Positions 10,110 through 19,720 are shown, counted from the whole stretch's first letter. The stretch is 63,876 bases of DNA, filler included, from Candidatus Tectimicrobiota bacterium (GCA_016193065.1; 6 parts of 6 records of this genome joined end to end with filler, not necessarily neighbours in it), one strand, 5' to 3'. Translations and numbers: made by a program. The notes: generated by a model from the sequence alone, not told the origin.

Positions 10110-11573
10110 ATGCAACGAACAGAGATCCTTGTTGTCGATGACGAAAAGGAGACCCGGGAACTGCTGAAGGAGTTCCTTTCCCGCCAAGGGTTTGTTGTAA
10201 GCGTGGCGGGCGGCGGGCAGCGGGCCATCGATCTTTTGCGGGAAAAGGATTTCGACCTCATGTTGGTTGACCTCAAAATGCCCCGGGTGGACGGTTTCGA
10301 AGTCCTCAAGGAAATCGGGCAGCTCGGCAGGCGCACCCTTGCCATTGCCATGACGGGGTTTGGAAGCACCCAAACGGCGGCTGAGGTCATGGGAGCCGGT
10401 GCTTACGATTTCGTTACGAAACCGTTCCATCTCCAGGAGCTCAAAAAGTTGATGCTGAGGGCCCTGGAGGAAAAACGCTGGCGGGGAGCTAGTGGCCCTT
10501 ACCCAGGCGCCGAACGGCGCACCCACTTCCGCCGCTACGAGGACCAGAAATTATTCATCGAAAACTTGGCCTTACGCCGCCAACTCCAGAGAAAGTACCG
10601 GTTTGAAAACATGATCGGCGACAGCCCGGAGATGCAGCAGGTTTTCGCACTGATTGAAAAAGTCGCCGACAGCGACAGCACCGTGCTGATCTGCGGGAAA
10701 AGTGGCACCGGCAAGGAGTTAGTGGCGCGGGCCCTTCACTTCAACAGCCATCGCAAGGACCGCCCGCTCATCCCGGTCAATTGTGGGGCCATCCCCGAAG
10801 CCCTTTTGGAGAGCGAACTTTTCGGCCATGAGAAGGGGGCTTTTACCGGGGCCTCCGCGACCCGGATCGGTCGTTTCGAGCTGGCCCATCAGGGGACCAT
10901 TTTCCTGGACGAAATTGGGGATATGAGTCCCGCCCTCCAGGTGAAAGTCCTGAGAGTCTTGCAGGAACAAGAATTCGAGCGCATCGGGGGGACCAAGACC
11001 ATAAAGGTGGATGTGCGGATCATCGCCGCTACAAACCAGGATCTCGAGCAGGCGGTGGCGAACCGTACATTCCGGGAAGACCTGTACTACCGTCTCAATG
11101 TGATCCCCATTTTATTGCCGCCTCTGCGCCGCCGCCAGGGCGACATTCCTCTCCTCATCAACCACTTCTTGGAGCGCTTTAACAGGGAGAAAAATAAGCA
11201 TATTCTTGGGATTACCGATGAGGCCATAAAGTATTTGATGAACTATGATTGGCCCGGCAACGTGCGGGAACTGGAAAACCTGATTGAGCGCCTCGTGATC
11301 CTAAAAGAGGCTGGCACCATCGAGATCGAGGATTTGCCGAAAAAGTTCTTCGGGGCCCGCTCCGATGGAAATTTTCCGCAGTTTGATATTCCCGATCAGG
11401 GCATTTCCCTCAAGGAGGTCGTAGACCGTTTCGAAAATCAAATAATTCTTCGCGCCCTGGAAAAGTCGGACTGGGTGAAAAACAAAGCCGCCCGTTTGTT
11501 AGGAATGAACCGTACCACCCTGGTCGAGAAATTGAAAAAGAAGCACCTCGCGCAGCCTTTGTCAAAATCCTGA
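10110..11573 (+). CDS. Sigma54-dependent activator, REC-AAA+-HTH (FleQ/FlrA-like by context)
   Basis: [56 protein letters not shown]; upstream of TPR-kinase-regulator. Confidence 0.9.
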   Translation: MQRTEILVVDDEKETRELLKEFLSRQGFVVSVAGGGQRAIDLLREKDFDLMLVDLKMPRVDGFEVLKEIGQLGRRTLAIAMTGFGSTQTAAEVMGAGAYDFVTKPFHLQELKKLMLRALEEKRWRGASGPYPGAERRTHFRRYEDQKLFIENLALRRQLQRKYRFENMIGDSPEMQQVFALIEKVADSDSTVLICGKSGTGKELVARALHFNSHRKDRPLIPVNCGAIPEALLESELFGHEKGAFTGASATRIGRFELAHQGTIFLDEIGDMSPALQVKVLRVLQEQEFERIGGTKTIKVDVRIIAATNQDLEQAVANRTFREDLYYRLNVIPILLPPLRRRQGDIPLLINHFLERFNREKNKHILGITDEAIKYLMNYDWPGNVRELENLIERLVILKEAGTIEIEDLPKKFFGARSDGNFPQFDIPDQGISLKEVVDRFENQIILRALEKSDWVKNKAARLLGMNRTTLVEKLKKKHLAQPLSKS

Positions 11574-11596
11574 CATCCAATCCATCGAAATTGACA
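11560..11596. promoter_or_regulatory. Candidate activator binding sites (UAS)
   Basis: Palindrome TGTCA-AAATCC-TGACA (11560-11575) and partial TCGAAATTGACA (11585-11596), 110-140 bp upstream of a sigma54 promoter. Confidence 0.55.
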
Positions 11597-11614
11597 GAAT
11601 CGGCTGTCCCCGGC

Positions 11615-11630
11615 TGGCACGGGGCTGGCG
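11615..11630 (+). promoter_or_regulatory. Possible weaker sigma54 -24/-12 promoter
   Basis: TGGCAC-GGGGC-TGGCG, correct GG-N10-GC spacing. Confidence 0.4.
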
Positions 11631-11702
11631 TCGGTCCCTGCCCTAAGAGCCTTCCCAGTGTGTCCGCGAGCCCTTTCTCGATTTCCCACTGCCCCGGTGT
11701 GC

Positions 11703-11718
11703 TGGTACGAATCTTGCT
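11703..11718 (+). promoter_or_regulatory. Sigma54 -24/-12 promoter
   Basis: TGGTAC-GAATC-TTGCT, close to TGGCAC-N5-TTGCW, about 40 bp before the TPR gene start. Confidence 0.75.
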
Positions 11719-11759
11719 CACCTGTCCCTGCAAGTCCCATAGAGGAGTGTTAACTTTCA

Positions 11760-13874
11760 ATGCGTGTGGGCGTAGGGATCCTCCTGGTGACCATTGCGAT
11801 TGGGGGGGCTGGCATCGCAGCCGCCGCCGAGGGACAAGTCGGCAGCAAGCCGGCCAGCCAACCCCCCGTTGAAAAAGGTCCCGAGAAGAACGACCAGGAA
11901 ATCTACTTTTTGGCCCTCAAGCTGTTCCAGAGTCGTAACTACGCCCTGGCCAGGAGGCAGCTTGCCCGTTTGGCAAAGGAATTCCCGAACAGCCGCCTCC
12001 GGGAAAGCGCCGACACCTTGCGGGCCGACAGCTATTTTTACATGGCCAAGCAAGCAGGGAAAAAGCAATTCTTTCCGGTCATCGACGAATATCGCGATCT
12101 GCTCCAGAGATATCCCCGCTCCGCCATGGCCCCCTGGTATCAGGTACAGGTTGGCCGCAGCTATGGCGCCATGGGCTATTATTACGAAGCTGAAGCGATG
12201 TTTCAGATTTTCATTGAGACCTACCCGAAGAGCCGTTATTTTCCCTACGCCCTGTTGGGACTCGCGGAGACCTATTACGTTCTGCAGCGGTTTGCGGAAG
12301 CGCAAGTGATCTACGAGAAGGTCAGCGAACAATTCAAAGGTTCAGCGCCGGGAGCCGAGGCCAGTTATGGGATCGGAAATACGTTTTATCGCCTCGGCCA
12401 GTTTGAGAGAGCCGAGATCTTCTACCGCAAGGCCATGGATTCCTACCCGCGAGGGGGGATTTCCTCTGCCGCCACCTTGTTTGCCATGGGTGAGACGCTC
12501 TACCAGCGCGCAAAATACGCCGAGGCGCGGCGGGTCTTCTTTGATCTCCTCAACCTCCACCCGGCGGATCCACTGAGCACCCGAGGGCTGGCCCGGATCG
12601 GGGATTCTTACCGGCGTCTGGGGCAGATCAGGGAGGGCAAGCAAATCTATCAGGAGGCGGCGCTGCGCTATCCCTATGAGGAGGGCGGGTACATCAGCCG
12701 GATCCGGCTTGCCGATATGGAAGGAGAAGCCCTCCGCCAGCCGAAACCCCTGCCGAATCCGATTCAGTGGGCGTCATCGCAAGCCCGTCAGGACCCTCTG
12801 GAGGTCTACCGAGAGGTGGCCCGCGCCCAACTCACTCCGGCGCTCAGCGAGGTTGCATTGATCCGGCTCGCCTCCCGGCAAAAGGAGAGTAAACAGTTCC
12901 GGCAAGCCCTCGAAACATTGAAGATCCATCAGACCCAATATCCGTACGGAGTTCTGGCGGATCAAACCGCGGCCCTCGTCCGCCAGACCGCCCAGGAGCA
13001 GGTCGCCTTTTATTCCGGGCTGGGGCGCCACAGTGCCGTGGTCGACCTTTATCAGAAAATGCGCCGGGATGTTTTGGACGAAGCCGCCAGCCCGGAAACT
13101 TTGCTGCAAGTAGGCGAGAGCTTTGCCGCCCTGGGGCTTCTGGAGCCTGCCATGGAAATCTACCGGGACCTCCTGGAGAGGAAAAAACAGAACATTCCGC
13201 GGGACCGCCTGTTGTTCCTGCTCGGAGAAGCTCGCTGGGCCAGCGCGGACGGCGCCGGAGCCGCGGAGCTTTTCTCCACGCTCCAGAAGAAATACCCGAG
13301 TTCCCCCTGGCGTCCCATGGGGCTGCTGCGTCTCGGAGAAATTGCCGTAGCGCAAAACGAACCGGAGCGGGCAGAGCGCTTCTTTGAACAAGCGCTCCAG
13401 GCCAACCCGAAGTTTCCCGGTGCTCCCCTGGCGCTCTACCACGAGGGGCGCCTGTCCTTGGCGCGGGGAAAATTCGAGGCAGCAGCCGGCTTTTTCGCCC
13501 GCGCCATACAATCTTACGTGCCGGAGGTGACTGCAGGCGAGGCCCACGTAAAGGCCAGCTACTTCCTCTTGGGGGACAGCCTTTTCCAGACGGGGAAGAC
13601 CAAGGAGGCCCTCGAGGCGTACGGAAAAGCGCGACAGCTCTACCCGAATTCTCCCCAGTCCCCCTGGGCCTCTCTCCAGATGGGGCTAGGTTACCGGAAG
13701 CTCGGCGCCCCGGAAAAGGCCCGGGAAATTTTCAAGACTTTAAGTTCCGGCAAGGACGATCCCTTCCTCGCCCAAGTAGCGGCGAATTTTCTGGCCGATC
13801 TGGAATGGCAGGCCAAGGTGCAGCCCAAGATCCAGCCTTTCCTGGATCCCCCCAAGGAGGCGGCAACGCCATGA
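11760..13874 (+). CDS. Exported tetratricopeptide repeat protein
   Basis: Signal peptide, many TPR/BamD-like repeats (YP.S, A...LG..Y); AGGAG RBS. Confidence 0.9.
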   Translation: MRVGVGILLVTIAIGGAGIAAAAEGQVGSKPASQPPVEKGPEKNDQEIYFLALKLFQSRNYALARRQLARLAKEFPNSRLRESADTLRADSYFYMAKQAGKKQFFPVIDEYRDLLQRYPRSAMAPWYQVQVGRSYGAMGYYYEAEAMFQIFIETYPKSRYFPYALLGLAETYYVLQRFAEAQVIYEKVSEQFKGSAPGAEASYGIGNTFYRLGQFERAEIFYRKAMDSYPRGGISSAATLFAMGETLYQRAKYAEARRVFFDLLNLHPADPLSTRGLARIGDSYRRLGQIREGKQIYQEAALRYPYEEGGYISRIRLADMEGEALRQPKPLPNPIQWASSQARQDPLEVYREVARAQLTPALSEVALIRLASRQKESKQFRQALETLKIHQTQYPYGVLADQTAALVRQTAQEQVAFYSGLGRHSAVVDLYQKMRRDVLDEAASPETLLQVGESFAALGLLEPAMEIYRDLLERKKQNIPRDRLLFLLGEARWASADGAGAAELFSTLQKKYPSSPWRPMGLLRLGEIAVAQNEPERAERFFEQALQANPKFPGAPLALYHEGRLSLARGKFEAAAGFFARAIQSYVPEVTAGEAHVKASYFLLGDSLFQTGKTKEALEAYGKARQLYPNSPQSPWASLQMGLGYRKLGAPEKAREIFKTLSSGKDDPFLAQVAANFLADLEWQAKVQPKIQPFLDPPKEAATP

Positions 13875-15292
13875 ACCTGCTTCCCCGGAATTCCGGTCTA
13901 ATGGAATATTCCTCCTTGAGCTCAAGGGCGGAGGAGAAATTCGAACCCATTCCCTCGGAAACCGTCGCGCCCACGCTGCGTCTTCTTCCGGAAGCGGTGC
14001 GGAATCCCGAGGAAAGCTCGGAGGGAAAGCTTCTGGCGGCGGCTTTTGAGTCCTTCACTCGCGCTACTGAAACCCTGCGGCGCTCCTACGGACTGCTCCA
14101 GAAGCGGGTAAAAGACCTGACCCTGGAGCTACAGCAAAAGAATCTGGAGCTGGAGAGAAACTTGCGGGAGAAGGAAGAGGTCAAGAACTACCTCAACAAC
14201 ATACTGGAAAGCCTGCAAACCGGAGTGGTGGTTCTGGACATCGCCGGGCGGGTTCGGCTGTTCAACCGGGCCGCCCAGCAGCTCACCGGCCTCGACTCCC
14301 GCCAGGTTCTGGGCGCCCCCTGGCAGGAAAATTTACGTCCTTACCTGCCTCCAGCAGGGTTTGATTCCTTTTCCCCGGGCTCCGGGCAGCTCGTGATGGA
14401 GACGGAATTCCCGATCCGCAACCGCGGGTTTACGGATTCCTTGATGCTGCGCGTCTCCCTGGCTCCCATGCAGGCTCAGGAGGAACAGGTGGCGGGAGTG
14501 GTGGTTCTCCTCCAGGACGTCACCCGCCTCAAGCATCTGGAGCAGGAAGGTCAGCGCCGCAGCCGCCTCCTGGCCATGGGGGAGATGGCCGCCCATATGG
14601 CCCACGAGATCCGCAATCCCCTGGGCAGCATCGAACTCTTTGCCACCCTCCTCAGGAGGGAACTGGACCACGATCCGGACAAACGGGATCTGGCAGAGCG
14701 GATCAGCTCCGGAGTCAGAAGCCTGAACCACATCCTGACGAACCTGTTGCTCTTTACGAGAAGCCAGAAGCCCACAGCGGATCTGCTCGGAGCGAACGAT
14801 CTCGTTGCCGAAACCTTGCAGTTTGCCCGCTACCTCCTGGAACAAAACCGGGTCGATCTGGGCGTCGATTTCAGCCCCGAGAACCCGCAGATTCAGGGGG
14901 ATCGAGAACTGCTCAAACAGGTGTTCCTCAACATGATCCTGAATGCCGTGGAAGCCATGCCGGCAGGGGGAAACCTGCGGGTATCCACCCGTCTGCTTTC
15001 CTGTCCCGGCATCGATCCCGGCAGGCGCCAGGATCGCTGCAAGACGGACAGAGAGGTCGAAATTGGGTTTTGCGATTCGGGTGTGGGAATCCCTGAAGAT
15101 CATATTTCCCGGATCTTTGATCCTTTCTTTACGACCAAGGACTCAGGTACCGGGCTCGGCTTGGCCATTGTCCACAATATCGTCGCGGCGCACGGCGGGC
15201 GGGTGCAAGTCAACAGCAAGCCAGGCCAAGGGACCGACTTGACTCTGATCTTCCCCGGCGGGCAACCGGCAGGAGTTTCAGGAGCGCACTGA
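13871..15292 (+). CDS. Cytoplasmic PAS sensor histidine kinase (FleS/FlrB-like)
   Basis: AFESF..L..SY coiled coil, PAS, MAHEIRNPLGS, NAVEAM, DSGVGI, FDPFFTTK, GTGLGL; no TM segment. Confidence 0.9.
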   Translation: MNLLPRNSGLMEYSSLSSRAEEKFEPIPSETVAPTLRLLPEAVRNPEESSEGKLLAAAFESFTRATETLRRSYGLLQKRVKDLTLELQQKNLELERNLREKEEVKNYLNNILESLQTGVVVLDIAGRVRLFNRAAQQLTGLDSRQVLGAPWQENLRPYLPPAGFDSFSPGSGQLVMETEFPIRNRGFTDSLMLRVSLAPMQAQEEQVAGVVVLLQDVTRLKHLEQEGQRRSRLLAMGEMAAHMAHEIRNPLGSIELFATLLRRELDHDPDKRDLAERISSGVRSLNHILTNLLLFTRSQKPTADLLGANDLVAETLQFARYLLEQNRVDLGVDFSPENPQIQGDRELLKQVFLNMILNAVEAMPAGGNLRVSTRLLSCPGIDPGRRQDRCKTDREVEIGFCDSGVGIPEDHISRIFDPFFTTKDSGTGLGLAIVHNIVAAHGGRVQVNSKPGQGTDLTLIFPGGQPAGVSGAH

Positions 15293-15294
15293 AC

Positions 15295-15738
15295 ATGAAC
15301 AAGCAAAATACTTCCTCCCTGTCGATACTTGTGGTCGATGACGAGGCCGACATGAGACTTGCACTTTCGGCGGCCCTGGGCCGGGCGGGTTGTGAAGTCG
15401 AGGCGGTGTCAAGCGGCCTTGAGGCGCTCTACAAGCTGGAAAAGCGGACCTACGACGTGGTGATCAGCGATGTTCGCATGCCTCACGTCAGCGGCCTCGA
15501 CGTACTCCGCAAAGCCAAAGAGCACAACCCGCAGGTCTCCTTCATCATGATCACGGCCTACGGTACGATTGAGAACGCCGTGGAGGCAATGCGCGAGGGG
15601 GCGACGGACTATATCTTGAAGCCTTTCTCCGTAGAGATTCTGGAAGATGCAGTTCGCCGGGTTTGGAAACGGAAGGGACCGCGGGTGGGAAAAGAAGAAC
15701 CTGCCGGACGATCCCAGGAGGTTCCCCTCAAGGGAGAG
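15295..15738 (+). CDS. Response regulator, FleR/FlrC-like (3' truncated)
   Basis: VVDDE, SDVRMP, ITAYG, AVEAMREGATDYILKPF. Confidence 0.85.
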
Positions 15739-15838
15739 NNNNNNNNNNNNNNNNNNNNNNNNNNNNNNNNNNNNNNNNNNNNTTAATTAATTAANNNNNN
15801 NNNNNNNNNNNNNNNNNNNNNNNNNNNNNNNNNNNNNN
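15739..15838. other. Artificial contig linker
   Basis: N44-TTAATTAATTAA-N44. Confidence 0.98.
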
Positions 15839-15865
15839 ATTACCCGGGGTCCTGGGAGAAACAAC

Positions 15866-15895
15866 TTGACAATCCGGGGAATCCTCTGCTAGTCT
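15866..15895 (+). promoter_or_regulatory. Sigma70-type promoter of the atp Fo operon
   Basis: TTGACA-N18-TAGTCT with TG extended -10. Confidence 0.6.
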
Positions 15896-16039
15896 CACTG
15901 CCGTTTTGTGAAATTGAGAACTTTCTCGCCGGTGACGCCCCGCTGGCAAACGGTCCTGCCGAACGAGCCCCTCGGTTGGCCCGAGCCGACTCTCATTCAG
16001 GTCACGCGTGCGGGAGTTCACGGACCAGGTTGGTTCGTT

Positions 16040-16267
16040 GTGGACCCCGAGATCAAATCGGTCATCAAACAGATGGGGGCATTTAGCGCGCTTAGCCTGG
16101 AATTTGGCCTCAGCGGTGCGGCGGGGTTTGTGGTGGGTTTTTACGTGGACCGCTGGCTGGAAACCACGCCGTGGCTGACGGTTATTTTTTTGTTTGCGGG
16201 CATCGCGGCAGGAATTCATAACCTGATTCGCATGGCCAAGATTTTTCAAAGAATCGGGTGGCTTTGA
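16040..16267 (+). CDS. AtpZ/AtpI family small protein
   Basis: GFYVDRWLETTPWLTVIFLFAGIAAG, two TM helices; probable GTG start; TGATG overlap with the next gene. Confidence 0.85.
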   Translation: MDPEIKSVIKQMGAFSALSLEFGLSGAAGFVVGFYVDRWLETTPWLTVIFLFAGIAAGIHNLIRMAKIFQRIGWL

Positions 16268-16671
16268 TGAGCGGGGCTGACTTGGTTGCCCAAGAGAAGC
16301 AGAAAATCCGGCGAATCGAGAGGAATGCTCTGGCGGCGGCTTTCCTGTTGACTGCCGGGAGTTTTGTGGCTGCCCCCTGGAGGTTCTCTCTTAGCGTGGC
16401 TTTGGGCGCAGCGGTCATGTCCATCAATCTTCACCTTCTGCGCCGGATCGTGGAGGGCGTCATTCTGCGCCAGGAAGTAAGAGCGGGCCGGTTGTTCCTG
16501 AAGGTCGGCGGGCATTTCATCCTGTTCTTGGGACTGGCCGCGGTTGCGTTTCAGGTGCTCAGGGCGGATGTGGTGGGCTTCGCCCTGGGGACCACCAACC
16601 TGCTGCTGGCCGTGGCGGTCCAGGCGGTCCGGGAGTTCTTTCACCTGCAGGGGGTTAAAGAGGGGCTGTAA
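16267..16671 (+). CDS. atpI: ATP synthase protein I
   Basis: Four hydrophobic helices, SVALGAAVMSINL; position before atpB. Confidence 0.8.
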   Translation: MSGADLVAQEKQKIRRIERNALAAAFLLTAGSFVAAPWRFSLSVALGAAVMSINLHLLRRIVEGVILRQEVRAGRLFLKVGGHFILFLGLAAVAFQVLRADVVGFALGTTNLLLAVAVQAVREFFHLQGVKEGL

Positions 16672-17361
16672 ATGGAGGAACATCCGTTTACCTGGTTCTC
16701 GTTGATTCCGGGTCTGGCGCATCAGCCGAACCATGTCGTGGGAGCTCTGCTCGTCTTCCTCCTGCTGCTCCTCTTTGCCCTGGCAGTACGCTTGAACCTG
16801 AAAAAGACCAACTTCCCCATGGTTCCCCAGTCTCGTCTGCATCTGATAGCGGAAATTCTGGTGGACAGCCTGCTCAATTTTCTGGAGGGGATCATCGGCC
16901 ACGGGGCCAGGAAATTCCTGCCCTTGCTGGGTGCCATCTTCCTGTTTATCCTGGTGAGCAACCTGCTGGGGCTGATCCCGGGCTTTCTTCCCCCGACGGA
17001 GAGCTTCAATACAAACCTGGCGGCGGGTGCCTTTATCTTCCTCATGTATAACTACTACGGGTTCAGGGAACACGGGTTCAAATACGTGAAGCAGTTCCTG
17101 GGCCCTGTTTTGCCCCTGGCCCCCTTGATGCTGATTATCGAGCTGGTCAGCCACGCGTTTCGCCCCTTTTCCCTGGCCCTGCGTCTTACCGGGAATATTT
17201 TCGGGGATCACCTGGTGTTTTCCATTTTTTCCAGTCTCATCTCCGTTTTGATTCCAGTGATTTTCCTGGCTCTGGGACTGGCGGTCTCGATCATCCAGGC
17301 GTTCGTGTTTACCCTGTTATCGACCGTTTACATCAGCCTTGCCATCTCCCATGAACATTGA
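16672..17361 (+). CDS. atpB: ATP synthase Fo subunit a
   Basis: SNLLGLIPG, PPT, RPFSLALRLTGNIFGDH, IQAFVFTLLS. Confidence 0.97.
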   Translation: MEEHPFTWFSLIPGLAHQPNHVVGALLVFLLLLLFALAVRLNLKKTNFPMVPQSRLHLIAEILVDSLLNFLEGIIGHGARKFLPLLGAIFLFILVSNLLGLIPGFLPPTESFNTNLAAGAFIFLMYNYYGFREHGFKYVKQFLGPVLPLAPLMLIIELVSHAFRPFSLALRLTGNIFGDHLVFSIFSSLISVLIPVIFLALGLAVSIIQAFVFTLLSTVYISLAISHEH

Positions 17362-17394
17362 GGGAGGAGATCCCAAAGGAAAAGGAGGATTCGT

Positions 17395-17721
17395 ATGCGG
17401 AGGTTCCTTGTTGTTTTGCTGTTGGTAGGTCTGTTTCTTGGAGTTAGCGGATCGCTGGCTCACGCTCAGGAGGCCAAGACGGCCGAGGGCTCTCTGGTGA
17501 AGTTTGGCTTGGCCATTGCCAGCGGGTTCGGCCTGGCCATTGCCGCCTCTTTTGGAGCTTTGAGCCAGGGGCGCGCCACAGCCGCAGCTCTGGAGGGAAT
17601 TGCTCGCAATCCCAGCGCCAGCGGCAGGCTCTTTGTCCCCATGATCATCGGCTTGGCGCTTATCGAGTCCCTGGTCCTCTACATGTTTGCCATTGCATTC
17701 CTACTGCAAAATAAGCTCTGA
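17395..17721 (+). CDS. atpE: ATP synthase Fo subunit c with N-terminal extension
   Basis: GALSQG, GIARNP, LALIESLVLY. Confidence 0.97.
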   Translation: MRRFLVVLLLVGLFLGVSGSLAHAQEAKTAEGSLVKFGLAIASGFGLAIAASFGALSQGRATAAALEGIARNPSASGRLFVPMIIGLALIESLVLYMFAIAFLLQNKL

Positions 17722-17797
17722 GGTCGATGACCGGAAGTTCCACGGACCCAGGGGGGGAGCAGGTCTCGGAGTCCGGTTGGCTGTGAGGGCCTCTGGC

Positions 17798-18445
17798 ATG
17801 AAGCGCCTGAAGATCCCTGATGTCACGGTTCATCGCCTCTCCGATTATGCCCGCATCCTTGACCAGTTTGATGGAGAGGGGATTCGCATCGTTTCCTCGG
17901 ATGTCTTGGCGGCGCGGTGTGGACTCAACCCGGCCCAGATTCGCAAGGATCTGGCCTATTTTGGCGAGTTCGGCGTGCGCGGGGTCGGTTACCACGTAGG
18001 GGAACTCAAGGAAAACCTCAAAGGGATCCTGGGCGTCACCCACGCCTGGCGTGTTGCCTTGGTGGGAGCCGGAAACCTGGGTTCTGCCCTGGCAGCTTAT
18101 CAGGGGTTTCTAACCCACGGTTTCATTATTACTGCCGTCTTTGACAAGTATCCGGAGCAGGCCAAACTTCCCCCGAACGGACGCTTTCCCAAGATCCTAG
18201 GTGTGGACCGGATCAAAGCGGAGATTCGCCGCCGGGGGATCCAGATCGGCATTATAACGGTGCCTGCCGAGGCCGCCCAGGGAGTGGCCGAGCGGCTTGT
18301 AAGTGCCGGGATTTCCGGGATTTTGAACTTTGCCCCCGTGCGGCTCCGGGTACCAAAGCACGTCAAAGTCCGAAATGTGGATCTGGGTTCCGAGTTGGAG
18401 AGCCTCTCGTTTTTCCTCTCCAAGCAAGGAGGGGCCCCGAGTTGA
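17798..18445 (+). CDS. rex: Redox-sensing repressor Rex
   Basis: QIRKDLAYFGEFGVRGVGY, GAGNLGSAL, ILNFAP. Confidence 0.97.
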   Translation: MKRLKIPDVTVHRLSDYARILDQFDGEGIRIVSSDVLAARCGLNPAQIRKDLAYFGEFGVRGVGYHVGELKENLKGILGVTHAWRVALVGAGNLGSALAAYQGFLTHGFIITAVFDKYPEQAKLPPNGRFPKILGVDRIKAEIRRRGIQIGIITVPAEAAQGVAERLVSAGISGILNFAPVRLRVPKHVKVRNVDLGSELESLSFFLSKQGGAPS

Positions 18446-18486
18446 CTCCCGCCAGGGGGGGTGGTAGATTAGGCTGGAGGGTGGGG

Positions 18487-19206
18487 ATGTGGATTATGTC
18501 CGTTGATACCTCGACCCTGCAAGGGAGTGTGGCTCTTGCCCAGGATGGCAGGGTGGTGAGCGAGAGGCGAGTTGGATCTTCTTCTTCCCATGCACGCACT
18601 CTTCTTACCATAATCGACGGGGTTTTGACGAGCCAGAGTTTAAAGCCCAGGGATCTGGGAGCCTTGGTGGCCACCGCAGGTCCCGGTTCCTTTACCGGAT
18701 TAAGAATTGGGATCAGCACCGTAAAGGGACTCGCCTACGGCCTGGGAATTCCGGCTGTCGGGGTGCCTACATTGGACGCCATGGCCAGCCGGATGGATCA
18801 CCCCGATCTGCAGTTATGCCCGTTGCTGGATGCACGGAAGAGCGAGGTCTATTGCGGCTTTTACCGCTGCCAGGGAGAACGGATTGAAAAAGTGACCGAG
18901 GCAATGGTTCTCCCGCCGGCCAAACTTTGTCCCATGATTTGCGAGCCTACTCTTTTTTTTGGAGAGGGAGCAAGAGTTTACGGAACTTTTTTGATGAAGG
19001 AATTGGGGGAGAAAGCCCGTTTCCGGGGAGAAGAGGGACTGGATTCGGTAGCCGTGGCTGCGGCCCGAATCGGGTGGCAATCCTTGTCGGGGGCCGGGGA
19101 GGCCTCCCCGCCGCCGAAGTTGGAACTCCTGTACGTACGCCCCTCGGAAGCCGAATTGCAGCGGCAGTCAAGGGGGGAGAAAGGAGGGCCTGATGCAAGG
19201 TGTTGA
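18487..19206 (+). CDS. tsaB: tRNA t6A biosynthesis protein TsaB
   Basis: VDTST, GPGSFTGLRIG, LDARKSEVY, YVRPSEAE. Confidence 0.95.
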   Translation: MWIMSVDTSTLQGSVALAQDGRVVSERRVGSSSSHARTLLTIIDGVLTSQSLKPRDLGALVATAGPGSFTGLRIGISTVKGLAYGLGIPAVGVPTLDAMASRMDHPDLQLCPLLDARKSEVYCGFYRCQGERIEKVTEAMVLPPAKLCPMICEPTLFFGEGARVYGTFLMKELGEKARFRGEEGLDSVAVAAARIGWQSLSGAGEASPPPKLELLYVRPSEAELQRQSRGEKGGPDARC

Positions 19207-19447
19207 GCCTACGTTGATCGACCAAATTCGCCGCCGGAGCCCGGAGTTTGACGAGCTCTGGAAGGAGCACGAATACCTGGAGCAACAGCTCCAAGAGATT
19301 AATAACCTCCGCTATCTCACAGCGTCCCAGGAGATGCGCAAAAAGGAAATTCAGAAGCTCAAGCTCCGGGGCAAGGACCGGATGGCCGCCATCATAGAGC
19401 AGTACCGTTCCGGTGAAGTGCAGCAGCGAGTCGAAAGCCGCTCGTAG
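19193..19447 (+). CDS. DUF465/YdcH family coiled-coil protein
   Basis: EF..L..EH..LE...LT..E...KKEIQKLKLRGKDRM. Confidence 0.8.
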   Translation: MQGVEPTLIDQIRRRSPEFDELWKEHEYLEQQLQEINNLRYLTASQEMRKKEIQKLKLRGKDRMAAIIEQYRSGEVQQRVESRS

Positions 19448-19483
19448 TCTTACAATCAAGGAATTGTCAAGAATTGGATGATT

Positions 19484-19573
19484 GTAGGGGCGCGATTTAT
19501 CGCGCCCTAGTTTGTCTGTAGATCCTCGGCGGGCGCAATGAATTGCATTGGGCGCAATGAATTGCGCCCTTAC
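19484..19573. repeat. GTAG-type REP doublet
   Basis: GTAGGGGCGCGATTTATCGCGCCC plus inverted GGGCGCAATGAATTGCGCCCTTAC, with a 16-bp partial duplication at 19531. Confidence 0.8.
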
Positions 19574-19612
19574 TGGGGACTCGCTAACCAGCGGTCAAAG
19601 TCATCCTCGCCT

Positions 19613-19639
19613 TTCCGGCGGGGGCCGGAAGTTTTTTTT
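19613..19639 (+). terminator. Intrinsic terminator
   Basis: Stem TTCCGGC/GCCGGAA, 4-nt loop, then G and T8. Confidence 0.7.
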
Positions 19640-19667
19640 GACTCGACCCGGCATCTATGCTAAAAAT
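19638..19667 (+). promoter_or_regulatory. Possible sigma70 promoter for the ilv operon
   Basis: TTGACT-N17-TAAAAA with TG extension, overlapping the terminator U tract. Confidence 0.4.
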
Positions 19668-19720
19668 ATCAACCTTTAAGCCGGTTTTTCATCCGCCAGA
19701 GGAAGTTGGGGGGACTGACC

